Notes under the pieces: model-generated
Seen by the model: only the letters and a program-made list of their open reading frames with translations
What the model was told of the DNA's origin: nothing
Database searches by the model: none
DNA from: Gemmatimonadota bacterium
GTDB taxonomy: Bacteria; Gemmatimonadota; Gemmatimonadetes; Gemmatimonadales; Gemmatimonadaceae
Reading direction: 5' to 3'
Length of the DNA: 31,286 nucleotides
Assembly: GCA_040389905.1 (NCBI GenBank)
Contig: JAZJZK010000065.1
Span: 1 to 31,286 of the forward strand
Shown here: positions 16,469-24,931 of the stretch, one piece after another
Numbering within the stretch: position 1 is the stretch's first letter
How the letters are laid out: the number at the start of each line of letters is the position of its first letter
Made by a program: the position numbers and the translations under genes

Positions 16469-18547
16469 TCATGCAGCCTCGGTCTCATCAGCAGAGCGAA
16501 GAATTGCCAGAAACTTTTCGCCATATTTCTCGATCTTAGCCGGACCAACGCCATAGATATCGCCGAGCTTTATCAACGAGCGCGGCCGTCGTACGGCCAT
16601 CTCGGCTAGCGTTCGATCAGAAAACACTACGTAGGGCGGCACCTTCTGTTCCTTCGCCAGAGCGGTTCGCAACGCGCGCAACCGCTCGAGCAACCTTGCG
16701 TCACCGGCATCGGTCACGCCGTCGCCTGGTTCACTGCGCTGCGCGATAACCGCCCCTCCGCGAACGCGCGCTTTCACGCCAGGCTTCGGAACGCCGACCG
16801 CAGGCTTGTCACGCACCGCGGCATTGTGTGTGCCGAGACAGTTGTCGCAGCCACCGCAGTCACTGCGCGCGGCCGGATCCCCGAAATACCGAAGCACGAA
16901 GGCGCGGCGACATCCTTTCGTGTAGGCGTATTGTTGGACGGCATCGAGCTTCGACATGTCGTTCTTGCGCCGGCGGTCGAGGGCGGCCCAGTCGATCGCA
17001 TATCCTGAGAGCGGCCGCCGCATATCTGTGACGCGATCGCCGCCACCAAGCCGGTGCCATTCGACAAACTGACCCTGTTCGAGCGACTCGAGAAGATTCA
17101 TCGCTCGGTACGCCCCGCCGAACTGCTTGGGAAGTGAATCGAGGTCGAACGTCACGCCGTCGTACAGCGCGTCCGTCGACACGCGCCAGAGTGCGCGGAG
17201 CAGCTCTCGCTTCAGCTCATCGCGCTCACCGAGCTCGCGCTTGATGCGGTCGGCGGTGGCTAACAGGCGAATGAACACGCGCCCCCCAACGTCCGGATCG
17301 GAACGAATCGAGCCGCACTTCATCAACACGCGGAGGATTGACTCCACTTCCCTGTCGCTCACCTTGCCCGGCAACGACTGCGCGATCGTTGAAGGCTCGA
17401 AGGACACATTGCCCGTGCGATCGGCGGATTTGCGCAGCTTCTCGTAGACGAACTCGACGAGCTTGCGTTCGGGATACGCGCCCTTGATAAAGAACTCGTG
17501 CGTGAAGCGATCGGGAAAGGAGTGCAACAGGAACACTTCGGAGTGCTTCCCATCGCGTCCCGCTCGGCCGGCCTCCTGATAGTACGCCTCGAGTGTCCCG
17601 GGCATTGAATGATGAATGACCACACGCACGTTCGGCTTGTCGATGCCCATGCCAAACGCATTCGTCGCAACGATCGCGCGAACGGATTCGCTCATGAAGG
17701 CTTCCTGGACATCACGGCGATGTGCGTCGTCGAGACCCGCGTGGTACGCCGCAACCTTGATGCGCGCGCGCTCGATCGTGAGCGCGACCTTCTCGACGTT
17801 CTTGCGCGTCGATGCGTACACGATGGCCACACCCGGATAGCGCTTGAGCAACTCGATCAAGGTGTCGTCCTTGTCAGCGTCGTTCTTCGTGGGAACGACG
17901 TGATAGCTCAGGTTCTTCCGGTCGAACCCCGTGATGATCGTTTCCGGATTCTCGAGGCGAAGCTGCCGTGCGATATCCTCGCGCACATGCTGCGTCGCTG
18001 TAGCAGTGAGTGCCACAGCCGGAGGCCAGCCGAGTCGTTCGCGCACCTGTGCGACCCGGAGGTAGCTCGGCCGAAAATCGTGACCCCATTCGCTGATGCA
18101 GTGCGCCTCGTCGATGGCCAGGAGCGATACACCGACATCCCTGAGCCGCTCTGCGGCACTTCCGAAATCGAAACGTTCCGGTGCCACATAGAGCATCTTG
18201 ATCTCGCCGCTGACCACGCGCGTCATGCGTTGCGACACTTCGCTCGAGGTGAGCGTGCTGTTCAGGAACGTCGCGGCAATACCGCGCGACGTCAGTGCGT
18301 CGACCTGATCCTTCATCAAGGAAATGAGGGGACTGACCACGACGGTGAGGCCGGGGAGCACCAGCGCCGGCACCTGATAACAAATCGACTTGCCGCCGCC
18401 GGTGGGTAACACGACAAGCGTATCGCGACCGGAGAGCACCGACGTGACGGCACGTTCCTGTCCGGGACGAAAATCATCGAACCCGAAGCGGGCGCGCAGG
18501 ACGCGACGCGCGTCGTCGAGTGTGGGTCGAGTGGTAGCGTCGATCAT
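16469..18547 (-). CDS. recQ: ATP-dependent DNA helicase, RecQ family, with HRDC domain
   Basis: LPTGGGKS, IDEAHCISEWGHDFRP, ALTATA, AFGMGIDK, YYQEAGRAGRDG; Zn motif CRR...CGGCDNC; HRDC VPPYVVFSDRTL. Confidence 0.95.
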   Translation of the reverse strand: MIDATTRPTLDDARRVLRARFGFDDFRPGQERAVTSVLSGRDTLVVLPTGGGKSICYQVPALVLPGLTVVVSPLISLMKDQVDALTSRGIAATFLNSTLTSSEVSQRMTRVVSGEIKMLYVAPERFDFGSAAERLRDVGVSLLAIDEAHCISEWGHDFRPSYLRVAQVRERLGWPPAVALTATATQHVREDIARQLRLENPETIITGFDRKNLSYHVVPTKNDADKDDTLIELLKRYPGVAIVYASTRKNVEKVALTIERARIKVAAYHAGLDDAHRRDVQEAFMSESVRAIVATNAFGMGIDKPNVRVVIHHSMPGTLEAYYQEAGRAGRDGKHSEVFLLHSFPDRFTHEFFIKGAYPERKLVEFVYEKLRKSADRTGNVSFEPSTIAQSLPGKVSDREVESILRVLMKCGSIRSDPDVGGRVFIRLLATADRIKRELGERDELKRELLRALWRVSTDALYDGVTFDLDSLPKQFGGAYRAMNLLESLEQGQFVEWHRLGGGDRVTDMRRPLSGYAIDWAALDRRRKNDMSKLDAVQQYAYTKGCRRAFVLRYFGDPAARSDCGGCDNCLGTHNAAVRDKPAVGVPKPGVKARVRGGAVIAQRSEPGDGVTDAGDARLLERLRALRTALAKEQKVPPYVVFSDRTLAEMAVRRPRSLIKLGDIYGVGPAKIEKYGEKFLAILRSADETEAA

Positions 18548-18561
18548 CGACGCAGTCTGGC

Positions 18562-18579
18562 CATTTGTCGCGACAAATG
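18562..18579. promoter_or_regulatory. Perfect 18-bp palindrome, candidate operator upstream of recQ
   Basis: CATTTGTCGCGACAAATG, 14 nt upstream of the recQ ATG. Confidence 0.45.
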
Positions 18580-18607
18580 CGTCATCGCAACAACGCAGGA
18601 CGGATCA

Positions 18608-21151
18608 TTACACTGCGCGGGCGAAGTGTCCCCGAGTAAACACCGCACCAACGGCCTGCCGAACGAGGTTCACCGGCTGTCCCGCCGCCGCCAGCTGCTC
18701 CAACATGGACCGGTATCCTGACACAACCTGCGTAATCGGGTCGCCGACGACGTTGAACACGAGATGGTAGTTGCGCAGCCCGCCAGCCCAGAGGCGCGGC
18801 AGGTATTCTCCGCCTTCGATCGGCCGCGAATGCAGCAGCCGGTTGCGGCATGCCGAGTCGGTCGCGACGGCAAAACTATAGCCCGCCGGATCCGTGAGCT
18901 GGACGTTCGTATGCTTCTGTACGCACAGGTCGCGACAGGTCGTCGGCACGCGGTCGAATGCGGCGGACAGCACGCAGTGCTCGATGGTCATGCCTTCTGG
19001 ACGCCCGTACAGAAAGACATCGAATCCCGCGCCCGACCAAGGCGCACTGACGGCGAGCAGTTCGTCAGTGGTCAGCTCGACAGACAGCATGATGCGCCGA
19101 GCACCAAGACGGAACAATTCGATCGCGGTGTGCTGATTGAAGCAGTTCACCCCGTAGTCGGCGATAACGTCTCGCCCTGCGCGACCGAGTTCCGCGACGA
19201 GGCCAAGGTGCCCGCTCACGATGGGCAAGCCGACATCGAGCCACTTTTGCGTCGTCCGGCGCTCTTCCGGGCGCACGATCGTCGGCGTGCGCAGCCGCAA
19301 CTCGATCCCGCGTTCCGTCAGCTCCTCTGCCAGCGCGCGGACGCGTGTGACCGGTGGCGTCGGATGGCGAAGGAAGACATCCAGCACAACGGTTGTAGCG
19401 CCCGCATCTGCAGCGGTGCGCGCGTCGTCGATAGTGAAGACGGACGCGACGAGATCAAAGGCGTGAGGTGCAGTCGGAGGTGCAGACCCCTCGACTCGCG
19501 CTTCGCGCTCGCTCGGGGTGACAATGGGAGTGGTTGCGCGCTCGCTCGGGGTGACAAGGGCGTGGTCGATGATCTCGCGCCGCTCGGCGACGAGCGACTG
19601 TCGAGCCCAATCGCGACGCTGCAACAATTCGTCCGTCGCTTGCTGGCGAAGATGGTTCAGCTCACTAATGGGCAGGAACAATCCGCTCGCGAGCGCGGCA
19701 GCGTCGAGTGTCCCGAGCACGAATGGTGTTTCACCAAGTCGGCCGAGTTGCTCGCGAAGCGTGACAACGTCGAGCGCGCGCTTCGACGCGGGGGCGAGAT
19801 TGATCTCACTCCGTACCGTGATCGACTCGTCGTCGACGGAGAAGACCACCTTGAGCGGAGCGCCAGATGCGCCGAAGACGCGGACGTCCACGCGCGATTT
19901 CTTCGCGCGGAGTTCCGCCGGCAGCGCGGCATAGCTCGCGCGCGCTTTCTCGAGCAGTGCGGCTTCGCTCGATCGAATGACCTTCCAGCCGTCGCCGACG
20001 CTGATGCGCGACGGTAGCGCGATTGCCTGGCGCGTGACGGCGCCGCGAGACAGCGTGCGAACCGCGTCGATCGTGAAGCCAACGGACGCTCCGCTTCGGT
20101 CTTCCGGTGACTCGAAGCCAATGCCGTCGCCAATTTCAAGGGGCGAGCTGACTTCGACGACGAGCTCTCGGCCCTCGTGCGCCACGACGCGACCGAGTTC
20201 GCGGCCGCGGTTATCGGGGTGCGTGCGTGTGACGTAGTCGCGTCCCTGACGACCGCCATACATGCCGCCGGTGAAGCCGCGACTGTAGATCTGCGCCAGC
20301 GGTTCCACTTCCGCGGCTGACGGCGTCGCCCGCTCGCCCGCCGCGAGACGATCGAGAAAGGTGCGGTAGCCGTGCGTCACCGTGGCGACATACTCCGGCC
20401 GCTTCTTGCGCCCTTCGACTTTCAGGCATCCGATGCCGGCGTCGGCGATATCGGCGAGGTGTTCGACGGCGGCGAGGTCCTTCGCCGAGATGAGGAAACC
20501 GCGATCGAGTTCCGCACTGGTGGTGACGTCGTCCAGAACGTAGTCCTTCCGGCAGGACTGTGCGCACGATCCGCGATTCGCACTGCGTTCCGAGATCATG
20601 CCAGACATAAAACACTGGCCGCTGTACGCGATGCACAGTGCGCCGTGAATGAACGTCTCGAGCCCGAGTTCCGGAACGGCGGACTTGATCGCGCGAATAT
20701 CGTCGAGCGTATTCTCACGCGCGAGCACGACGCGCTCGATGCCGAGTTCCTGCATGACGCGCGCACCGCTCTCGTCGTGGATCGTCATCTGCGTGGATCC
20801 GTGAATCTCGAATCCCGGATACGTCGTCTTGATGAGCCGGACGAGCCCGATGTCCTGGACAATCGCGGCGTCGACGCCGAGGTCGATCGCCTCGCCGAGG
20901 AACATGAGGGCGTCCGCGAGCTCGGCGGGCTTGAGGAGAATGTTGAGCGTGAGATAGATGCGGCGTCCGCGCTCGTGTGCGAGCCTGCATGCTTCACCGA
21001 CCTCAGCGAGCGTCAGCTGTGCGCCTTCGTCACGCGCGTTGAACCGCTCCGCGCCGAGATAAACCGCATCGGCACCATTGGCCAGCGCGGCGCGAACGGC
21101 GTCGAGCGAGCCGGCAGGGGCAAGGAGTTCCGGTACAGCGTAGCGCGTCAT
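18608..21151 (-). CDS. Peptidase U32 family protein, long RlhA-like type (probable Fe-S RNA hydroxylase)
   Basis: Start MTRYAVPELLAPAGS; GADAVYLG, HGSTQMT, HGALCIAYSGQC, SANRGSCAQSCR, LKVEGRKK; central QLGRLGETPF...LPISELNHLR (DUF3656-like); second degenerate barrel with Cys residues. Confidence 0.92.
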   Translation of the reverse strand: MTRYAVPELLAPAGSLDAVRAALANGADAVYLGAERFNARDEGAQLTLAEVGEACRLAHERGRRIYLTLNILLKPAELADALMFLGEAIDLGVDAAIVQDIGLVRLIKTTYPGFEIHGSTQMTIHDESGARVMQELGIERVVLARENTLDDIRAIKSAVPELGLETFIHGALCIAYSGQCFMSGMISERSANRGSCAQSCRKDYVLDDVTTSAELDRGFLISAKDLAAVEHLADIADAGIGCLKVEGRKKRPEYVATVTHGYRTFLDRLAAGERATPSAAEVEPLAQIYSRGFTGGMYGGRQGRDYVTRTHPDNRGRELGRVVAHEGRELVVEVSSPLEIGDGIGFESPEDRSGASVGFTIDAVRTLSRGAVTRQAIALPSRISVGDGWKVIRSSEAALLEKARASYAALPAELRAKKSRVDVRVFGASGAPLKVVFSVDDESITVRSEINLAPASKRALDVVTLREQLGRLGETPFVLGTLDAAALASGLFLPISELNHLRQQATDELLQRRDWARQSLVAERREIIDHALVTPSERATTPIVTPSEREARVEGSAPPTAPHAFDLVASVFTIDDARTAADAGATTVVLDVFLRHPTPPVTRVRALAEELTERGIELRLRTPTIVRPEERRTTQKWLDVGLPIVSGHLGLVAELGRAGRDVIADYGVNCFNQHTAIELFRLGARRIMLSVELTTDELLAVSAPWSGAGFDVFLYGRPEGMTIEHCVLSAAFDRVPTTCRDLCVQKHTNVQLTDPAGYSFAVATDSACRNRLLHSRPIEGGEYLPRLWAGGLRNYHLVFNVVGDPITQVVSGYRSMLEQLAAAGQPVNLVRQAVGAVFTRGHFARAV
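19478..19557 (+). repeat. REP-like element (subfamily B) plus partial duplicate, in frame inside the U32 gene
   Basis: AGGTGCAGACCCCTCGACTCGCGCTTCGCGCTCGCTCGGGGTGACA; exact 21-bp direct repeat at 19504-19524 and 19537-19557 (period 33 nt). Confidence 0.88.
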
Positions 21152-21201
21152 AAGCGTTGAAATATAACGATTTACGACCGCTCGCTGTAGGCGGTGGCGC
21201 G

Positions 21202-22266
21202 CTACGGACGGCGCTCTCGGTGAAAGCGCGTATAGTGATCGGTCGCGATGAAGTCCACGCCCGCGGCAATCGCTGCACGCCAACGAAGCGATACGGCCCG
21301 TTCGCTTCCGAAGTTGTAGGACGTGGTCAGCCCCTCATCGCGAGATGGGTCGTATCCGTCGAGCGTGTAGAAACGAATCCAGAGGCCCTGCTCGTGCGCG
21401 CGCGCGACCAACGCGCTCAAGCGCGCCGAATCCTCCGTCGTCCATTCGCCAGCGTTGACCTGACCTCCGACTTCCACCACCTGCCACGGGAAGTTGACCC
21501 AGCGGGCGTAGTTGGAAACCCGAGGCGCTATCAGTGTCGCCGCGGATGCGCGGACGGCGTTCACCGCGCGCTCGTCGCGGTTCGCTCCGGTCGCAGCCGG
21601 AACGGGAATGGCACCGAACACGGCGAGTCGGCCTCCGACCGGGATCCGATCATGAAAATCCGTGCGCTGCGATGAGTCCTGTCCAGAGAGGACCATGAGA
21701 GGCCCAACCGTGAGCGGAGCAGCAATGTCGGGCGTGTTCGTGCGCGGCGCGGTGGTCAGCCAGTCGGGGTGACGATCGAGCAATGCGAGCACCGCCTCGT
21801 GAAGCGCGCGTTCGTTCGTTTTGAAATCGAGATTGAGTACGATGAGCGGCCACGACTCAGTGCGCTGCTCGGCAAGCGCGCGCTCCATGATGGGCGCAAT
21901 CTTGTCGAAGAAATAGCTTTCCATTGTCGGCGCGCCGGTGGTCTCGTCGGTGCCGTGCGCAACGATGGCCGCGTATTGGCCAGTCGATGGCTGGCGCACC
22001 CAGTAGAGATCCTGCTCGATCGCGACGGGAAGGCCGGTGGCGAGCGCGAGGTCGATCCGATCGGAGAACTTCCCGCGCTCGGGATAGGCGTTGTGAGCGT
22101 CGAGGAGCACGCGCGCGCCCGGGCCGAAGCCGGTGCGTGGTTGCTCCATCAAGCGTGGAGGCGCCGATTGGCAGCCCGAGGCAAACAGCAACGACAGAAA
22201 CAGCAGGTGCGGGCCCTTCGCTGCGCTCAGGGCGACAAAACGAGCGGGACGCAGCGTCGGCTTCAC
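21202..22266 (-). CDS. PLC-like phosphodiesterase (PI-PLC/GDPD superfamily TIM barrel), probable lipoprotein
   Basis: GTG start with GTGA overlap; h-region LLFLSLLFASGC; LDAHNAY, AIEQDL, LNLDFK, IRFYT, GVDFIATD. Confidence 0.8.
   Translation of the reverse strand: MKPTLRPARFVALSAAKGPHLLFLSLLFASGCQSAPPRLMEQPRTGFGPGARVLLDAHNAYPERGKFSDRIDLALATGLPVAIEQDLYWVRQPSTGQYAAIVAHGTDETTGAPTMESYFFDKIAPIMERALAEQRTESWPLIVLNLDFKTNERALHEAVLALLDRHPDWLTTAPRTNTPDIAAPLTVGPLMVLSGQDSSQRTDFHDRIPVGGRLAVFGAIPVPAATGANRDERAVNAVRASAATLIAPRVSNYARWVNFPWQVVEVGGQVNAGEWTTEDSARLSALVARAHEQGLWIRFYTLDGYDPSRDEGLTTSYNFGSERAVSLRWRAAIAAGVDFIATDHYTRFHRERRP
22199..22250 (+). repeat. REP-like element (subfamily A), in frame in a signal peptide
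   Basis: 52 nt that differ from the intergenic copy at 28016-28068 by two substitutions and one indel. Confidence 0.9.
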
Positions 22267-22436
22267 TGTTCCTCGACGCCGAACCAGCGCTTCGGAGCAA
22301 AGCGCAGGAGGAGCGCACCGACCATGATCGCCATGCCGGCCATGCGCAGCTCCGGCAGATCGGCGCGTTGGCCATAGCCCCAAACGATGACCGCGATCAG
22401 GACGAGGGTGAGCCTCGCAGTGATCAGTACCTTCAC
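22263..22436 (-). CDS. Small two-TM membrane protein (57 aa)
   Basis: GTG-initiated KVLITARLTLVLIAVIVWGYG...AGMAIMVGALLLRF; GTGA overlaps with both neighbours. Confidence 0.7.
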   Translation of the reverse strand: MKVLITARLTLVLIAVIVWGYGQRADLPELRMAGMAIMVGALLLRFAPKRWFGVEEQ

Positions 22437-23203
22437 TCGGAGCCCTCCTGGCGCTGGGAGAAGCGTCGCAGACCCGCTCGGAAATCCTCGGTTGCGCGCG
22501 ACTCCACGTTGGTCACGACACCGGCCGCCACACCATCCTCGAACGACAGCGAATCCATTTTGTAGAAGAGCCATTTCGTGAGCGCGAGCGACGTCGCGGG
22601 CGCCTGGCTGATCTGTTCGAGCGTCGCATTGATGTCGTCGTCGAAGGTCGCTGCGGGAACGACGCGGCTCACCAAACCGATGTGCTCCGCCTCTTCGGCA
22701 CTGATGATCCGGCCCGTGAGCAGGAGATCGGCGGCGTGCTTCTCACCAACCGTGCGGCGCAGAGTCGTGATCACCATGGCCGGCACGAACCCTACGCGCA
22801 CCTCGGGATAGCCGAACTCCGCATCCTCGTGCGCGAGGACGACATCGCAGGCCGTCGCGAGACCGACACCAGCGGCCAATGCTCGCCCCCGAACCGAACA
22901 CACCACGGGCTTCATGAGCGCGCGAATAGCGAGGAACACCCGACCGAGCGCCTCAGCATCGGCGCGATGCACCTCGGCTCCGGCGTCCTGCGTCAACTGC
23001 GTCGCCTCGAGATCCGTCCCGACGCAAAAGTCGTCGCCCTCCGCACCGAGATGTATGACGCGGCAGCTGGAGTCTCCCTCGAACTGTGCGAGCGCAGCGA
23101 AGAGATCGTCGGCCATCTCGCGATGAATGGCATTCTTGCGCTCGGGGCGCGCGAGGATGATGCGCCCAATCGCGCCATCCCGCAGCAGCCGAACATGGCT
23201 CAC
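22433..23203 (-). CDS. Enoyl-CoA hydratase/isomerase (methylglutaconyl-CoA hydratase LiuC/AtuE-like)
   Basis: GTG start with GTGA overlap; LARPERKNAI, FCVGTDL, ALAAGVGLATACD, FGYPEVRVG, LLLTGRIISAEEA. Confidence 0.88.
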   Translation of the reverse strand: MSHVRLLRDGAIGRIILARPERKNAIHREMADDLFAALAQFEGDSSCRVIHLGAEGDDFCVGTDLEATQLTQDAGAEVHRADAEALGRVFLAIRALMKPVVCSVRGRALAAGVGLATACDVVLAHEDAEFGYPEVRVGFVPAMVITTLRRTVGEKHAADLLLTGRIISAEEAEHIGLVSRVVPAATFDDDINATLEQISQAPATSLALTKWLFYKMDSLSFEDGVAAGVVTNVESRATEDFRAGLRRFSQRQEGSE

Positions 23204-23559
23204 GGCTCGTTGGCGGCCGGTAGGCCGAGCGCGACCGCCTGATTCTCCGGGACATCGAGGACCATGCGAAGCATCGCCGTCGAGAACACCTTGCCCTGCG
23301 CGTCTGTCTTGAGGGACAGCGTCCCGCCGCCGTCGAGCGCACCGTGCAGGAGGAAGTTGAGTGCATTCAGATTCGGCAACTCGAAGCGCTCGACGGCACC
23401 GGTAATGACGTCCGCAAAGTGGTGTTGGACTCGCGCGAGCGTGAGCTGCTCGCTGAGGAGTGGGTACCATTCCGGCTTAAGAGCAATGACCCCGACATTC
23501 GCGGTATCACCCTTGTCGCCCGATCGCGCGTGCGCGATATCGAGTAGGCGCACTCTCAT
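23200..23559 (-). CDS. Stand-alone AtuA C-terminal-like small protein
   Basis: IAHARSGDKGDTANVGVIA, VERFELPNLNALNF, LDGGGTLSLKTDAQGK; ATGA overlap with atuA. Confidence 0.88.
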   Translation of the reverse strand: MRVRLLDIAHARSGDKGDTANVGVIALKPEWYPLLSEQLTLARVQHHFADVITGAVERFELPNLNALNFLLHGALDGGGTLSLKTDAQGKVFSTAMLRMVLDVPENQAVALGLPAANEP

Positions 23560-24923
23560 GACAACACCTCCACGGAGGTCTGCACGACGGTCTTGTCCAC
23601 AAGCGCCGGCCAATACGCGACGATTTCCTCGACCTTGGGACGCCCCCCCGCGAAACCGGTGACGCTCGGCGGCCCGTTGAGCACCAACGGTGCAATCTCG
23701 CGCGTAAACCGCTCGACCGTCTTACGATCGGGCGAACGGACGCCAACGCGCAGCTGCACCTCTGGCGCTTCACCGGTGCGCGCCGAGAGCGGGCCATGCG
23801 TTGCCGAGACGCCGACGAACTCCGTGAGCAGCGAGTCGAAGGAGAGCCCCATGTTATCGAGCCGTTCGCGCAGCACGCGATCGGCAAGCTGCGCCTTCTC
23901 GAGCGCATCAGGCCAGGCGTACACCAGCGTGCCTACCGCCTTGTAACCGGCTCGGTAGGCGATGGACACTTTCAGCTTGTCTGTCGCCGGACGTCCCTTG
24001 ATGCCGAAGACCCGAACGCGATCCGTGCCATCGTCCGCCAGGTGAATCGTTGTGAAATCCGCAACAACGTCTGGAGTGATGTAGCTGTTCGGATCACCCA
24101 TTTCGTAGACACATTGCTCGCTCACGGACTGCACGTTGATGCGGCCGCCGGTGTTCGGATGCTTGACGATCGTGAACGTGCCGTCCGCTCGCGCTTCGAC
24201 GATGGGATAGCCGATGTTCGCGAGGTCGGGAATATTTCGCCAATCGTACAGGCAATTGCCGCCGGAGCACTGCGCACCACACTCGATGATGTGGCCGGCA
24301 ATAATGCCAGCCGCCAGCCGATCCCAGTCGTCGGATGCCCAGCCGAACTCGTGGCGCAGCGGCGCCATCGTAAGTGCCGTGTCGGTCGAGCGGCCGGTGA
24401 CCACCACGTTCGCGCCGCGTGCGAGCGCTTCAACGATTGGCGTCGAGCCGATATACGCGTTGGCCGACAGCACGCGATCACGCACGGTGCTCAGCGGCTC
24501 GCCGGTTTCCATGTGCGTCAGGGAGTGCCCGCTGGCCAGCAACTCGTCGAGCCTTGGGAGCAGGTCGTCTCCGGTGACGACTCCAATTCTCACGTTGCCG
24601 GACGCCGCCTTCGCTCCCGGGAGATCGAGCACCGCGCGCGCACAGGCCACGGGATTCACGCCACCGGCGTTCGCAATCACCTTGACGCCGCGCTCGACGA
24701 CCGCAGGCATGACGCTCTCCATCGCGCCGATGAAGTCACGTGCATAGCCCATCGCCGGATCACGTTCCTTCTGCTTCTGAAGGATCGACATCGTGACTTC
24801 GGCGAGATAGTCGAGCATCAGGTAATCCACCGCACCGCCTTCCACCTGGCGGCGCGGCGCATCGAGCCAATCACCCCAGAAGCCCTGGCCGGATGCGACG
24901 CGAACGATACGATCGGAACTCAC
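23556..24923 (-). CDS. atuA: Acyclic terpene utilization AtuA family protein (DUF1446)
   Basis: GQGFWGD, DYLMLDYLAEVTMSIL, ANAGGVNP, SANAYIG, VVTGRSTD, AGHIIECGAQCSGGN, YITPDVVADF. Confidence 0.92.
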   Translation of the reverse strand: MSSDRIVRVASGQGFWGDWLDAPRRQVEGGAVDYLMLDYLAEVTMSILQKQKERDPAMGYARDFIGAMESVMPAVVERGVKVIANAGGVNPVACARAVLDLPGAKAASGNVRIGVVTGDDLLPRLDELLASGHSLTHMETGEPLSTVRDRVLSANAYIGSTPIVEALARGANVVVTGRSTDTALTMAPLRHEFGWASDDWDRLAAGIIAGHIIECGAQCSGGNCLYDWRNIPDLANIGYPIVEARADGTFTIVKHPNTGGRINVQSVSEQCVYEMGDPNSYITPDVVADFTTIHLADDGTDRVRVFGIKGRPATDKLKVSIAYRAGYKAVGTLVYAWPDALEKAQLADRVLRERLDNMGLSFDSLLTEFVGVSATHGPLSARTGEAPEVQLRVGVRSPDRKTVERFTREIAPLVLNGPPSVTGFAGGRPKVEEIVAYWPALVDKTVVQTSVEVLS

Positions 24924-24931
24924 AATGGCTC

